This document shows positions 27,861-37,113 of a stretch of 64,000 nucleotides of DNA, piece after piece. Source of the stretch: an uncultured Spirochaetota bacterium (GTDB taxonomy: Bacteria > Spirochaetota > Spirochaetia > SZUA-6 > CAVTHK01); NCBI GenBank assembly GCA_963734495.1, contig CAVTHK010000011.1:32001-96000 (forward strand), written 5' to 3'. The notes under the pieces were generated by a model. That model did no database searches, was not told where the DNA came from, and worked only from the letters and a program-made list of their open reading frames with translations. A program made the position numbers and the translations under genes. The stretch's first letter is position 1, and the number at the start of each line of letters is the position of its first letter.

Positions 27861-28789
27861 GTGGCAGGCCCCACGGGGACACCGCGCGGACGGCGCGGGG
27901 ACGACGGGTTCGCGAGTCGCGGCAGGACCGGATCTTTAACGCCGTCAACTACGCGTTCCTGTCGCTGTGCTTCCTCGCGGTTCTCTATCCGCTGGTGTTC
28001 GTGGTCAGCAGCTCGTTCAGCTCGCCCGAGGCCGTGATCTCGGGCCGGGTCTGGCTGTGGCCGGTCAATCCCAACGTCGAGGGGTACAAGCTGGTCTTCC
28101 AGAGCAGCGAGATCTGGCTCGGCTACGGGAACACCCTCTTCTACACGGTCGTCGGGACATTCATCAACGTGCTGCTCACGATCATGATCGCCTATCCGCT
28201 CGCCCGCAGGGACTTCTACGGCAGGAACACTCTCATGTTCCTGGTGACCTTCACCATGATGTTCTCGGGCGGCATCATCCCGACCTTTCTTCTCGTTCGT
28301 GCGGTCGGCATCCTGAACACCAGGTGGGCCATGATCCTCCCGAACGCGGTCGCCGCATGGAACGTGATCATCACGCGCACCTACTTCGAGGCGACGATTC
28401 CGGGCGAGCTGCTCGAGGCTTCGCAGCTCGACGGCTGCAGCAACACGCGATTCATCCTCGCGGTCGTGATTCCGCTGTCGGGGCCGATCGTCGCGGTGAT
28501 CACGCTGTTCTACGCCGTGATGCACTGGAACGCCTTTTTCAGCGCGTTGATCTACCTGAGGGACTCCAGGCTCTACCCCCTGCAGATCATCCTGCGCGCG
28601 ATCCTCCTCGAGAACCAGATCGACTACCAGATAGCCACGAATCTGGAGCAGGAGGAATCCCGCCAGATGATCGCCCAGCTGCTCAAGTTCGCGCTGATCG
28701 TCGTGGCCAGTGCTCCCATGCTGCTGATCTACCCTTTCGTGCAGAAGTACTTCGTCCGCGGGGTTCTGATCGGAGCGCTCAAGGGGTAG
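27854..28789 (+). CDS. Carbohydrate ABC transporter permease (LplC-like)
   Basis: FSGGIIPT, ELLEASQLDG, YPFVQKYFVRGVLIGALKG. Confidence 0.92.
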   Translation: MVGGRPHGDTARTARGRRVRESRQDRIFNAVNYAFLSLCFLAVLYPLVFVVSSSFSSPEAVISGRVWLWPVNPNVEGYKLVFQSSEIWLGYGNTLFYTVVGTFINVLLTIMIAYPLARRDFYGRNTLMFLVTFTMMFSGGIIPTFLLVRAVGILNTRWAMILPNAVAAWNVIITRTYFEATIPGELLEASQLDGCSNTRFILAVVIPLSGPIVAVITLFYAVMHWNAFFSALIYLRDSRLYPLQIILRAILLENQIDYQIATNLEQEESRQMIAQLLKFALIVVASAPMLLIYPFVQKYFVRGVLIGALKG

Positions 28790-28893
28790 ACGTCGGCCGG
28801 GGAAAGGAGGTTGCCGCGCAAGAGGCGCATGACAGGACGAGAGAGACGGAGAGCTCCGGCGCGTCGCGCCGGCATCGCACAAGGAGGAGAGGG

Positions 28894-30555
28894 ATGACCA
28901 AGCACTGTTCGATTCGCGTGGCCATGGCGGTTCTGCTGCTCATCGTGCTCGGGGCGGCGGGGCTCTCTGCCGCGCCCCAGAAAGAAGCGGCGGCGGCCGG
29001 CCCTGCGGTGACCCCGCCCGGCCAGTACCCGATCGTGGCCGACAAGGTGACGATCAAGATCCTGGCGAGCCTGCACCCGTACACGGGGGACATGACCAAG
29101 CTCTGGTTCACCAAGTTCTACGAGGACAAGACGAACGTCCACGTCGAATGGGAACAGATTCCGGATGAGCAGGCCCCCGAAAAGATCAATGTCCTGATCG
29201 CCGCCAAGGAGCTCCCCGAGGCCTTCCTGCACGGCGACTTCAACTTCAGCCGCTCACAGCTCATGGTCAACGGCGGAGCAGGCATCTTTATCCGGCTGAA
29301 CGATCTCATCGACAAGAACACCACGTACCTCAAGAAGATCTTCGCCGATCGGCCCTACGTCCGCTCCGCGATGACCGCGCCGGACGGCAACATCTACTCG
29401 TTCCCGAAGATCGGCGAGTGCTACCACTGCGTGCACGAGGTGCGGGCGTGGATCAACAAGCCCTGGCTCGACAAGCTGGGCCTGCAGGTGCCCCAGACCA
29501 CGGACGATCTGTACAAGGTGCTCAAGGCCTTCAAGACCAGGGATCCCAACGGCAACGGCAAGGCCGACGAGATACCGATGGCGGGCGCGATCAGCCGGGG
29601 CGGCTACAACAACGAGATCGACAAGTGGTTGATGAACGCGTTTGTCTACAGCTACTTCACGGACACCGGCGAGCTGTCCTTTGTGCACGTCGAAAACAAG
29701 AAAGTCTTCTTTGTGGCCAGCACGCCGCAGTGGCGCGAAGGACTGCGCTACATGCGGATGCTCTATCGCGAAGGCCTCATCGACCCCGAGAGCTTTACCC
29801 AGGCCAGGGACCCGGGACTCAAGCAGAAGTCGGAGAACCCCCAGGTCCAGATTCTCGGGTTCGTTCCGTCGGGCAGCATCAGCGCGTTCAACATCTATTA
29901 CGGCGCGAGCGGACGCTACAAGGACTGGGTCCTGGTGCCGCCGCTGAAAGGTCCCGCCGGCTACCAGGTCGCCTACACCGGGCCGTACCGTATTCTTCCC
30001 GGTCTGGAGGTGACTTCGGCGGCCAAGCGGCCTGACGTCATCACCCGCTGGGCCGACTGGTTCTACACCGAGGAGGGCACCCTCACCGCGAACATGGGCC
30101 AGGAAGGGGTCGGATGGCGCCGCGGCAAGCCCGGCGAGCTCGGGGCCAACGACAAACAGGCGGTCTACGTGCGCCTCACGCCTTACGGGCGCAAGGACGA
30201 TTACGCCTGGGGCTCGACCGCGCTCAACGACTTCAGGGTCGAGCTCAGTCTCGGACAGGCGACGCTGCGGGAGTTCGCGCAGGAGCCCATCCTCTACAAG
30301 GCGGCCAACCTCTACGACCAGTACAGGCCCAAGGAGTTCCTTCCGAACCTGTGGTTCTCCGAAAAGGAGTCCGCCGAAATGGCCGAGCTGGCGCTCACGA
30401 TCAGGGATTTCGTCGTGGCTTCCGATGCCCAGTTCATCACCGACAAGAAGAACCTGGACGGAGCCGACTGGGACAACTACCTCAAGGAGCTCGAACGGCT
30501 CAACGTCAAGCGGTACGTGGAGATGACGCAGAAGTCGTACGACTCGGTCAAGTGA
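28894..30555 (+). CDS. Carbohydrate ABC transporter solute-binding protein (LplA-like)
   Basis: Signal peptide; WINKPWLDKLGL..PQTTDDLY.VLKAFKT.DPNGNGKADEIP; AGGAGG RBS. Confidence 0.92.
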   Translation: MTKHCSIRVAMAVLLLIVLGAAGLSAAPQKEAAAAGPAVTPPGQYPIVADKVTIKILASLHPYTGDMTKLWFTKFYEDKTNVHVEWEQIPDEQAPEKINVLIAAKELPEAFLHGDFNFSRSQLMVNGGAGIFIRLNDLIDKNTTYLKKIFADRPYVRSAMTAPDGNIYSFPKIGECYHCVHEVRAWINKPWLDKLGLQVPQTTDDLYKVLKAFKTRDPNGNGKADEIPMAGAISRGGYNNEIDKWLMNAFVYSYFTDTGELSFVHVENKKVFFVASTPQWREGLRYMRMLYREGLIDPESFTQARDPGLKQKSENPQVQILGFVPSGSISAFNIYYGASGRYKDWVLVPPLKGPAGYQVAYTGPYRILPGLEVTSAAKRPDVITRWADWFYTEEGTLTANMGQEGVGWRRGKPGELGANDKQAVYVRLTPYGRKDDYAWGSTALNDFRVELSLGQATLREFAQEPILYKAANLYDQYRPKEFLPNLWFSEKESAEMAELALTIRDFVVASDAQFITDKKNLDGADWDNYLKELERLNVKRYVEMTQKSYDSVK

Positions 30556-30579
30556 CGGAGCAGGCCGTGTTTGTTCTGT

Positions 30580-30620
30580 CCCGGGCTCCCGGCCCGCGCC
30601 GGGGCCCGGGCTTTGCTTTC
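30580..30620 (+). terminator. Putative intrinsic terminator
   Basis: CCCGGGCTCCCGGC...GCCGGGGCCCGGG hairpin followed by CTTTGCTTT. Confidence 0.55.
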
Positions 30621-30639
30621 GCGAAAGGATTAATTGCCC

Positions 30640-31875
30640 ATGGATCTGCACGAATACTCCCGCGATTTCGTGAGCAGGTGCGTCGCCGACCAGGACGCCT
30701 ACGGCGTGCTGAGCGCCCTCTGCGAGCAGGTCGGCTCGAGGCTGTCAGCGAGCGACGAGGAGCGGCGAGCCACGGAAATGGTGATCTCGCAGCTCTCGCG
30801 GCACGGGTGCGAGACTGAGATCTCGGAGTTCTCCTATCCCGGCTGGAGACCCGGCAGGAGCACCGTGCTCGTTCATGAGCGCGGCTCTGTGAGAGAGCTC
30901 GCGAGCCATCCTCTCGGTTGGTGTCCGGGCACATCGGTGAGCGCGCCTGTGGTCGACGCCGGACCCGGAATGAAAGAAGATTTCCAGAGCGACGCGATCC
31001 GCGGAAAGATCGTGCTCGTTTCCGACGAGACCAGGCCCGGACAGAAGGAGCTGCACAGATCGGTCAAGTACGGGCTCGCGGTCGAGGCGGGAGCGGCGGG
31101 GTTCGTCTTTTACGGCAGGAGGCCGGGAGGGCTCGTCGCGATGGGCGCGGCCAACCTCGATCCCAAGACAGGCGCCATTGCGGGCGTCGGGATCTCGTAC
31201 GAGGACGCCATGTACCTCAAGAGAAAGGGCGAGGCTGTGACGCTGGAGATCGCCTCCACGAGCACCGCCGAGCCTGTCACCTCCCGCAACGGCATCGGGC
31301 TGAAGAGGGGAAAGGCCGCCGAGGAGATCATCGTCTGCGGGCACATCGACTCCTGGTTCTCCGAAGGCGCCGTGGACAACGGGTCCGGCATCGCAATGAT
31401 CGTGGAGCTTGCCAGACTGACCCGGGCCTACAAGCTCGCGAGAAGCGTCCGGTTCGTCACATTCGGTTCCGAGGAGCTCGGGCTGCACGGCTCCAAGGCG
31501 TATACGAGGGCGCATGAGGATCTCTCGAACGTCGTCTGCGTCCTCAACCTCGACTGTTCCGCGGTGCGGGAGGGGACCCTCACGGTCACCACGAACGAGA
31601 ACGACCGGTTCCGGGGCTTCATGACTGAGATGAAGAAGCAGCTTCACACGGACTTCTACCTCTACGACGAGATCACGCGGTACTCCGATCACTACTCGTT
31701 CAGACAGAAGGGCGTCCCGTGCGCCGCCCTCTTGTCCAGGAGCCCGGCTTACGCTTTCGCGCACACCGACTATGACAGCCTCGACAAGGTTTCGCCCGAG
31801 TCCTTTACCGTCCCCCTCCTCGTCGCGGGGGTCACTCTGATCGAATGCGCGATGCGCGACGTCTCTTTCCGCTGA
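30640..31875 (+). CDS. M28 family metallopeptidase with PA domain
   Basis: CGHIDSW, GAVDNGSG, FGSEELGLHGS, LNLD, SDHYSF, HTDYD; no signal peptide. Confidence 0.9.
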   Translation: MDLHEYSRDFVSRCVADQDAYGVLSALCEQVGSRLSASDEERRATEMVISQLSRHGCETEISEFSYPGWRPGRSTVLVHERGSVRELASHPLGWCPGTSVSAPVVDAGPGMKEDFQSDAIRGKIVLVSDETRPGQKELHRSVKYGLAVEAGAAGFVFYGRRPGGLVAMGAANLDPKTGAIAGVGISYEDAMYLKRKGEAVTLEIASTSTAEPVTSRNGIGLKRGKAAEEIIVCGHIDSWFSEGAVDNGSGIAMIVELARLTRAYKLARSVRFVTFGSEELGLHGSKAYTRAHEDLSNVVCVLNLDCSAVREGTLTVTTNENDRFRGFMTEMKKQLHTDFYLYDEITRYSDHYSFRQKGVPCAALLSRSPAYAFAHTDYDSLDKVSPESFTVPLLVAGVTLIECAMRDVSFR

Positions 31876-31917
31876 GAGCCCGGCATCGGACCGTTCGCAG
31901 AATCACTGGAGGCAGCC

Positions 31918-33090
31918 GTGAAGATCACAGGCATTTCGACGATGGCAATCAGTCTCCGCCGGCCCCGCTGGTATTCCCCCGAGAGGGCGGGAACAAAGCG
32001 GGGGTGGGGCAGGCTGAGCAGGCTGACTCCGCATCGCCCCGAACCGGTGCTGGAGTACATCGTCGTGAGGATGGACACCGACCAGGGGGTCAGTGGGGTG
32101 GGGGAGACAGCGCCCGACATCGCGTTCTTCGGCGAGACGCTTGAAGAGGTAAAGACCGCGATCGACAGGTACTTCGGCCCGCGCCTCATCGGGAAGGATC
32201 CCTTTGACCGCGAGGAGATGCTGTACCAGCTGGATTTCCGCGGGAACTCGTGCGCCCGCTCCGCGCTCGACCTGGCGATCCACGACCTGATGGGAAAGGC
32301 TCTCGGAGTGCCGGTCTGCGACCTGATCGGGGGCCGCTGCAGGGAAGAGGTCGTGGCCGCCCTCGAGATAGACGGCGGCCCGCCCGAGGAGATGGCGAAG
32401 CTGTGCGCGGAATACGTGGCTCAGGGCGTGCGCGCCTTCAAGCCCAAGATCGGCGGTTACCCCGACGAAGACGTCCAGCGGCTGCGGGCGATCAGGGAGG
32501 CCGTAGGCAAGGACGTGACGATCCGGGCCGATGCCAACCAGGGCTACACGCCCAAGGAGGCGATCAGGCTCTGCCGCCAGGCCGAAAGGTACGACGTCGG
32601 GCTGGAGCTCCTCGAGCAGCCGGTCGCCTATTGGGACCTCAAGGGGATGGCCGAGGTCAGGAGGGCGGTGGACACCCTCATTGAGGCGGACGAGAGCTGC
32701 TACGGCATCCACGACGCCATGAACATCATCCGGCAAGAGGCCGCGGATGTGATCAACATCAAGGTGGAGAAGGTGGGCGGCCTCTACAACGCCAAGAAAG
32801 TCGCGGCCCTGGCCGAGGCCGCAGGGCTTCAGTGCGTGATCGGCACCGCCTTCGGCCTCGGCATCACGATCGCGGCCAAGCTGCACCTGGCCGCATCGAC
32901 GAAGATCATAAAGGACCCTGTGGAGTTCACCGAGATCCGATTGCACGACAACCTGCTGTCGCCTCCTGACGACAAGCGTCTCACGTTGCCGCTGCGCGAT
33001 GGGTTCCTGGACGTGCCTGAAGGGCCGGGCTTCGGCGTGTCGTTCGACGAGGAGAAACTCGTGGCGCACCGCGCGGGAATCGTCGACTAG
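31918..33090 (+). CDS. Enolase superfamily, muconate-lactonizing-enzyme subgroup (paralog A)
   Basis: FKPKIG, DANQG, EQP, ADES, INIK (Lys/Lys type), GPGFG. Confidence 0.92.
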   Translation: MKITGISTMAISLRRPRWYSPERAGTKRGWGRLSRLTPHRPEPVLEYIVVRMDTDQGVSGVGETAPDIAFFGETLEEVKTAIDRYFGPRLIGKDPFDREEMLYQLDFRGNSCARSALDLAIHDLMGKALGVPVCDLIGGRCREEVVAALEIDGGPPEEMAKLCAEYVAQGVRAFKPKIGGYPDEDVQRLRAIREAVGKDVTIRADANQGYTPKEAIRLCRQAERYDVGLELLEQPVAYWDLKGMAEVRRAVDTLIEADESCYGIHDAMNIIRQEAADVINIKVEKVGGLYNAKKVAALAEAAGLQCVIGTAFGLGITIAAKLHLAASTKIIKDPVEFTEIRLHDNLLSPPDDKRLTLPLRDGFLDVPEGPGFGVSFDEEKLVAHRAGIVD

Positions 33091-33101
33091 AGGGAAACTG
33101 C

Positions 33102-33142
33102 CGGCCGGCTGCGGTTCCGCGGTGCTGTCCCGCAGCCGGCCG
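33102..33142. terminator. 13-bp perfect inverted repeat between convergent genes (probable bidirectional terminator)
   Basis: CGGCCGGCTGCGG-15 nt-CCGCAGCCGGCCG. Confidence 0.6.
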
Positions 33143-33155
33143 TCCCCACCGGGCG

Positions 33156-34335
33156 TCAGTCCACGATGTCCGAGATGTGCTTCTTCGCCCTGCCCTCGTC
33201 AAAGGCGACGCCGAAGCCGGGCCCCTGCGGGACGCTGAAACAACCGTCCTTGAGAGGCAGAGTGAGCAGCTTGTCGTGCGGCTGGACGAGCAGGTTGTCG
33301 TGGAGCCTCACCTCGGTGAACTCGACGGCATCCCTGATGATCTTGGTCGACGCGGCCAGGTGCAGCTTGGCCGCGATCGTGATGCCGAGGCCGAAAGCGG
33401 TGCCGATCACGCACTGCAGGCCCGCCCCCTCGGCCACCGCGGCGACCTTTTTCGCGTTGTAGAGGCCGCCGACCTTCTCGATCTTGATGTTGAGCACGTC
33501 GGCCGCACCCTGCCTTACGATGTTCATCGCGTCGTTGACGCCGTAGCAGCTCTCGTCCGCCTCGATCAGGATGTCGACCGCGCTCTTCACTTCAGCCATG
33601 CCCCTCAGGTCCCAGTACGCGACCGGCTGCTCCAGGAGCTCCAGGCCGACGTCGTACTTTTCCGCCAGCCTGCAGAGCCTGATCGCCTCCTTGGGCGTGT
33701 AGCCCTGGTTGGCGTCGGCCCGGATCGTCACGTCCTTGCCCACAGCCTCCCTGATCGCCCGCAGCCGCTGCACGTCCTCGTCGGGGTAGCCGCCGATCTT
33801 GGGCTTGAAGGCGCGCACGCCCTGCGCCACGTACTCCGCGCAGGCCTGGGCCATCTCGTCCGCAGGTCCGCCGCCGATCTCGAGGGCGACCAGAGACCTT
33901 GTCCCTGCACATCCCGCCGATCAGGTCGAAGACCGGCACGCCGAGGGCCTTGCCGAGAAGGTCGTGCACCGCAAGGTCGAGCGCCGAGCGGGCGCACGAA
34001 TTGCCGCGGAAATCCAGCTGATAGAGGATCTCCTCCCGGTCGAACGGATCCCTGCCCACGAGCCGCGGGCCGAGGTACCGGTCGATCGCGGACTTTACTT
34101 CCTCCAGGGTCTCCCCGAAGAACCCGATGTCGGGAGTGGCCTCTCCGAAGCCTATGGCTCCCGAGTCGGTCTCGATCTTCACGATCACGTACTCGAGCAC
34201 CGGCTTCGGCCTGTGCGGGGTGATCCTGCTGAGCCTGTCCCATTCCCTCTTCGTGCCGGCCCTGACGCGCGAAGTGTAGCCGCGCTTCGGCGTGGAAAGG
34301 GAGTACGCCGTGGTGGATACCTTGGTAATCTTCAT
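33156..34335 (-). CDS. Enolase superfamily, MLE subgroup (paralog B; apparent +1 frameshift near 33895)
   Basis: Two ORFs each highly similar to paralog A; deleting one base gives KVLVALEIGGGPADEMAQAC versus EVVAALEIDGGPPEEMAKLC. Confidence 0.88.
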
Positions 34336-34348
34336 GATCGACTCCTTG

Positions 34349-35227
34349 TTACTGACCGGACTTGTGGCTGCCTCTCTCGACCAGCTTCATCAGCACAGGC
34401 CCCTGGGCGCGGATGTGCTCCGACAGCAGTCTGCGGGCGCGTATCCAGTCTCGCGCAATGAGAGCCTCGATGATCCGGCGGTGCTGCAGGACCATCCTGT
34501 CTACCACTGCCGTCTCCGGAGCCGCGTAGTAAAACAGCGCCGTGTAGTACCTGGCGATGTACTGCTGGAAGAACTGGCGTATGTAGAGGTTACCGGACTT
34601 GTCGATGAGGTAGTCGTGCATCCGATTGTCGAGCACGGGCCGCGCACCCCTCGCGAGACTCCGGTCGCCCTCGAGCATCTCGCGCAGATCCGCCTTCCGC
34701 AGCCGAAAGCGCGACAGCTCGAGCGCCTTGAGCTCGAGAGTCCCGCGAACTTCGAGGTACGCGTCCATGTCTTCCTGCCGGACCGGGTGCACGAGCCATC
34801 CGCGCCGCGGCACGTGCTCGATCAGCCCTGCGCCCACGAAACGGTTGAACGTCCGGCGGATGATGGACCTGCCGATGCCCAGCTCTCTGGACAGCGCCTG
34901 CTCCCGCACGTACGTCGCGCGCCTGCGCAGGCTCGCGTGCATGATCGTCTTGAGCAGCGTCTCGTCCCAGTCTCCCGGCGTCGGTGGCGCGGGGACGGGC
35001 CTGCGACGCGCCTTTCTGCGCGCTCCCGGGCCGGGCACCTCGAGCCTGCGGTTGGGGAGCTTCGTGATGAGACCTTCGCCGACGAGGGCCTCGACCGCGG
35101 CGCGCAACGGCGTCACGCTCACGCCGTAGCGTCCCGCCAGGCCGGCCAGCGAGAGCCGGCCGCGGGGGATCTCGCCCGACTCGATCCGCTGCGCGAGGTC
35201 CGCTCGTATGTAGTCCGTCAGCTTCAT
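34349..35227 (-). CDS. GntR/FadR family regulator with two tandem wHTH domains + FCD
   Basis: LAGRYGVSVTPLRAAVEALVGEGL and LSRELGIGRSIIRRTFNRFVGAGLIEHVPRRG; then LEVRGTLE...D..MH...SGN...QH..II.AL. Confidence 0.85.
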   Translation of the reverse strand: MKLTDYIRADLAQRIESGEIPRGRLSLAGLAGRYGVSVTPLRAAVEALVGEGLITKLPNRRLEVPGPGARRKARRRPVPAPPTPGDWDETLLKTIMHASLRRRATYVREQALSRELGIGRSIIRRTFNRFVGAGLIEHVPRRGWLVHPVRQEDMDAYLEVRGTLELKALELSRFRLRKADLREMLEGDRSLARGARPVLDNRMHDYLIDKSGNLYIRQFFQQYIARYYTALFYYAAPETAVVDRMVLQHRRIIEALIARDWIRARRLLSEHIRAQGPVLMKLVERGSHKSGQ

Positions 35228-35275
35228 CGCCTGTCCCCGCCGCCTGCCTCCGCTGCCGGACGGTCCCGAATTTGC

Positions 35276-35318
35276 TTGACTTCCCGCAACTCGTACCGTA
35301 AAGTCCGCATAGTGTCAA
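35276..35318. promoter_or_regulatory. Overlapping divergent sigma70-like promoters (ABC operon / gntR)
   Basis: Plus: TTGACT-17 bp-TAAAGT (35276-35304); minus: TTGACA-17 bp-TACGAG (35318-35290). Confidence 0.5.
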
Positions 35319-35430
35319 CAAAATAAAGTTAGGAGCGCTTCCCACAAGGGCGCCCGTTCGACCGCACCGTCGCGGAGCCATCGGGTTTCGTTGAAGCCCT
35401 CATGAGTCTCTTGAGAAAAGGAGTGTGCCA

Positions 35431-37032
35431 ATGAAAAGGAAGCTCTCCCGGGTGCTCGCGCTGGCGGCAATCCTCTGCCTTGCCGCATCAGGCGGCCTGT
35501 TCGCGACAGGCGCCGCCGAAGGCGGAGCGGCCGCCGCGCCGGGAACGCCCAAGAAGGGCGGGACCCTGAACGTGGGGCTGCACATCCCCTTTGCGACGCT
35601 GGACTGGCAGGCTACGGTGCAGCACCCCGCGCCCCAGGTGCAGAGCAACGTCTGGGAAGGCCTCACCGCGTTTGGCAAGGACTTCACCGCCGTCCCTGAG
35701 CTCGCCGAGTCGTATCAGGCCTCACCCGACGGACTGGTCTGGACCTTCAATCTGCGCAAAGGAGTGCTCTTCCACAACCTCAAGGAGATGACCTCGGCGG
35801 ACGTCAAGGCTTCGGTCGAGCGATGGATCAAAGTGGGGCCGAAAGGCCAGTCGCTGCCGTTTGACAGGATCGAGGCCCCGGACAAGTACACGGTTCAGAT
35901 GTACTTCAAGACTCCGATCGGCCAGACCCTCCTGCTCCTCCTCGGGTCGGACGAGAACAAGTGCGTCATCATGCCCAAGGAGGTGTGTGACGCCTCGCCG
36001 AAGCCCAACGTCCTTTCCGCGATCATCGGCACGGGCCCGTACAAGTGGACGGAGTACAAGGAGGACCAGTACATCAAGCTCACCCGCTTTGACCAGTACG
36101 TCGCGCGCACGGATGCGCCCAACTACCAGAGCGGAAAGAAGGTCCCGTACGTCGACCAGATCATCTTCTGGATCGTGCCGGAGGTTTCCACGCGCATCGC
36201 CGGCGTCAAGTCCGGCGAGTACGACTTGACCATCTACGTTCCCGAAACTGAGTACGACAGCCTGAGCAAGACGCCCGGTGTCGTTCCGGTCATCGTGGGG
36301 CCCGGCTTCAACTTCTACATCATGTTCAACCACCAGAAAGGTCTCACGAGCAACCTCTACATCCGCAAGGCCATCCAGGCGGCCATCAACTGCGACGAGG
36401 TGATGGCCGCTGCGGTCCCCAACCCGAAGTTCCGCTTCCTCAACCCGAGCTTCTTTCCCCCGGTGAGCCCCTACAGCAACAACGCGCGCGCCGAGCTCTA
36501 CAACCAGGGCAGCGTCGCCAAGGCGAAAGAGTACCTGGACAAGGCGGGGTACAAGGGAGAGCCCATCACTTTCCAGGCGATCTCGACCAGGCCGGAGACT
36601 ATCCGGATCGGAGTCGCGTTGGTCGAGCAGTTCAAGAGGGCGGGCATGAACGCTTCGGTCCTCAGCTACGACCTGCAGACCTGGATCGCGAAGCGGCGGG
36701 ACGGCAACTCCCTGATGATGTACAACTCCGGCGGCAACTGGATAGATCCGTCGCTGTACCAGCCCGAGTTCAGCGGGACCTTCCCCTCCAAGGAGACCGG
36801 ATTCAGCGACCCCGAGGTCGACAAGGTCTTTGCCGCGCTCAACCGCGAGACCGATACGCAGAAGCGCAAAGTGCTCGCCGAGCAGCTGCAGACGCTGTTC
36901 TACGACAAGGTCGCGACGTACAGCCTGGGGTACTACTACCGCATGGCAGTCAAGCGCGACTACGTCATGGACCCCGAAGGCAACCTCGCGCTCGGAAACC
37001 TGACGCTGAACAACATCTGGCTGAACAAGTAG
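35431..37032 (+). CDS. ABC transporter solute-binding protein, family 5 (peptide/nickel)
   Basis: Signal peptide; PELAES...WTFNLRKGVLFH, IGTGPYK, IRKAIQAAIN. Confidence 0.93.
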   Translation: MKRKLSRVLALAAILCLAASGGLFATGAAEGGAAAAPGTPKKGGTLNVGLHIPFATLDWQATVQHPAPQVQSNVWEGLTAFGKDFTAVPELAESYQASPDGLVWTFNLRKGVLFHNLKEMTSADVKASVERWIKVGPKGQSLPFDRIEAPDKYTVQMYFKTPIGQTLLLLLGSDENKCVIMPKEVCDASPKPNVLSAIIGTGPYKWTEYKEDQYIKLTRFDQYVARTDAPNYQSGKKVPYVDQIIFWIVPEVSTRIAGVKSGEYDLTIYVPETEYDSLSKTPGVVPVIVGPGFNFYIMFNHQKGLTSNLYIRKAIQAAINCDEVMAAAVPNPKFRFLNPSFFPPVSPYSNNARAELYNQGSVAKAKEYLDKAGYKGEPITFQAISTRPETIRIGVALVEQFKRAGMNASVLSYDLQTWIAKRRDGNSLMMYNSGGNWIDPSLYQPEFSGTFPSKETGFSDPEVDKVFAALNRETDTQKRKVLAEQLQTLFYDKVATYSLGYYYRMAVKRDYVMDPEGNLALGNLTLNNIWLNK

Positions 37033-37046
37033 ACTCGAGCGGATCG

Positions 37047-37072
37047 GGGGCGCGCGGAGCAACGCGCGCCCC
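37047..37072. other. GC-rich hairpin after the SBP gene (mRNA stabiliser or attenuator)
   Basis: GGGGCGCGCG-GAGCAA-CGCGCGCCCC. Confidence 0.5.
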
Positions 37073-37113
37073 TCGCTTTGCACTGTCCTGGAGTCGACGA
37101 AGAGGGGAAAGCG

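Noticed and set aside
33885-33900. Programmed ribosomal frameshifting in enolase paralog B or the other broken genes
   Set aside because: No slippery heptamer or shared context; paralog A is continuous over the same region; sequencing error is simpler.
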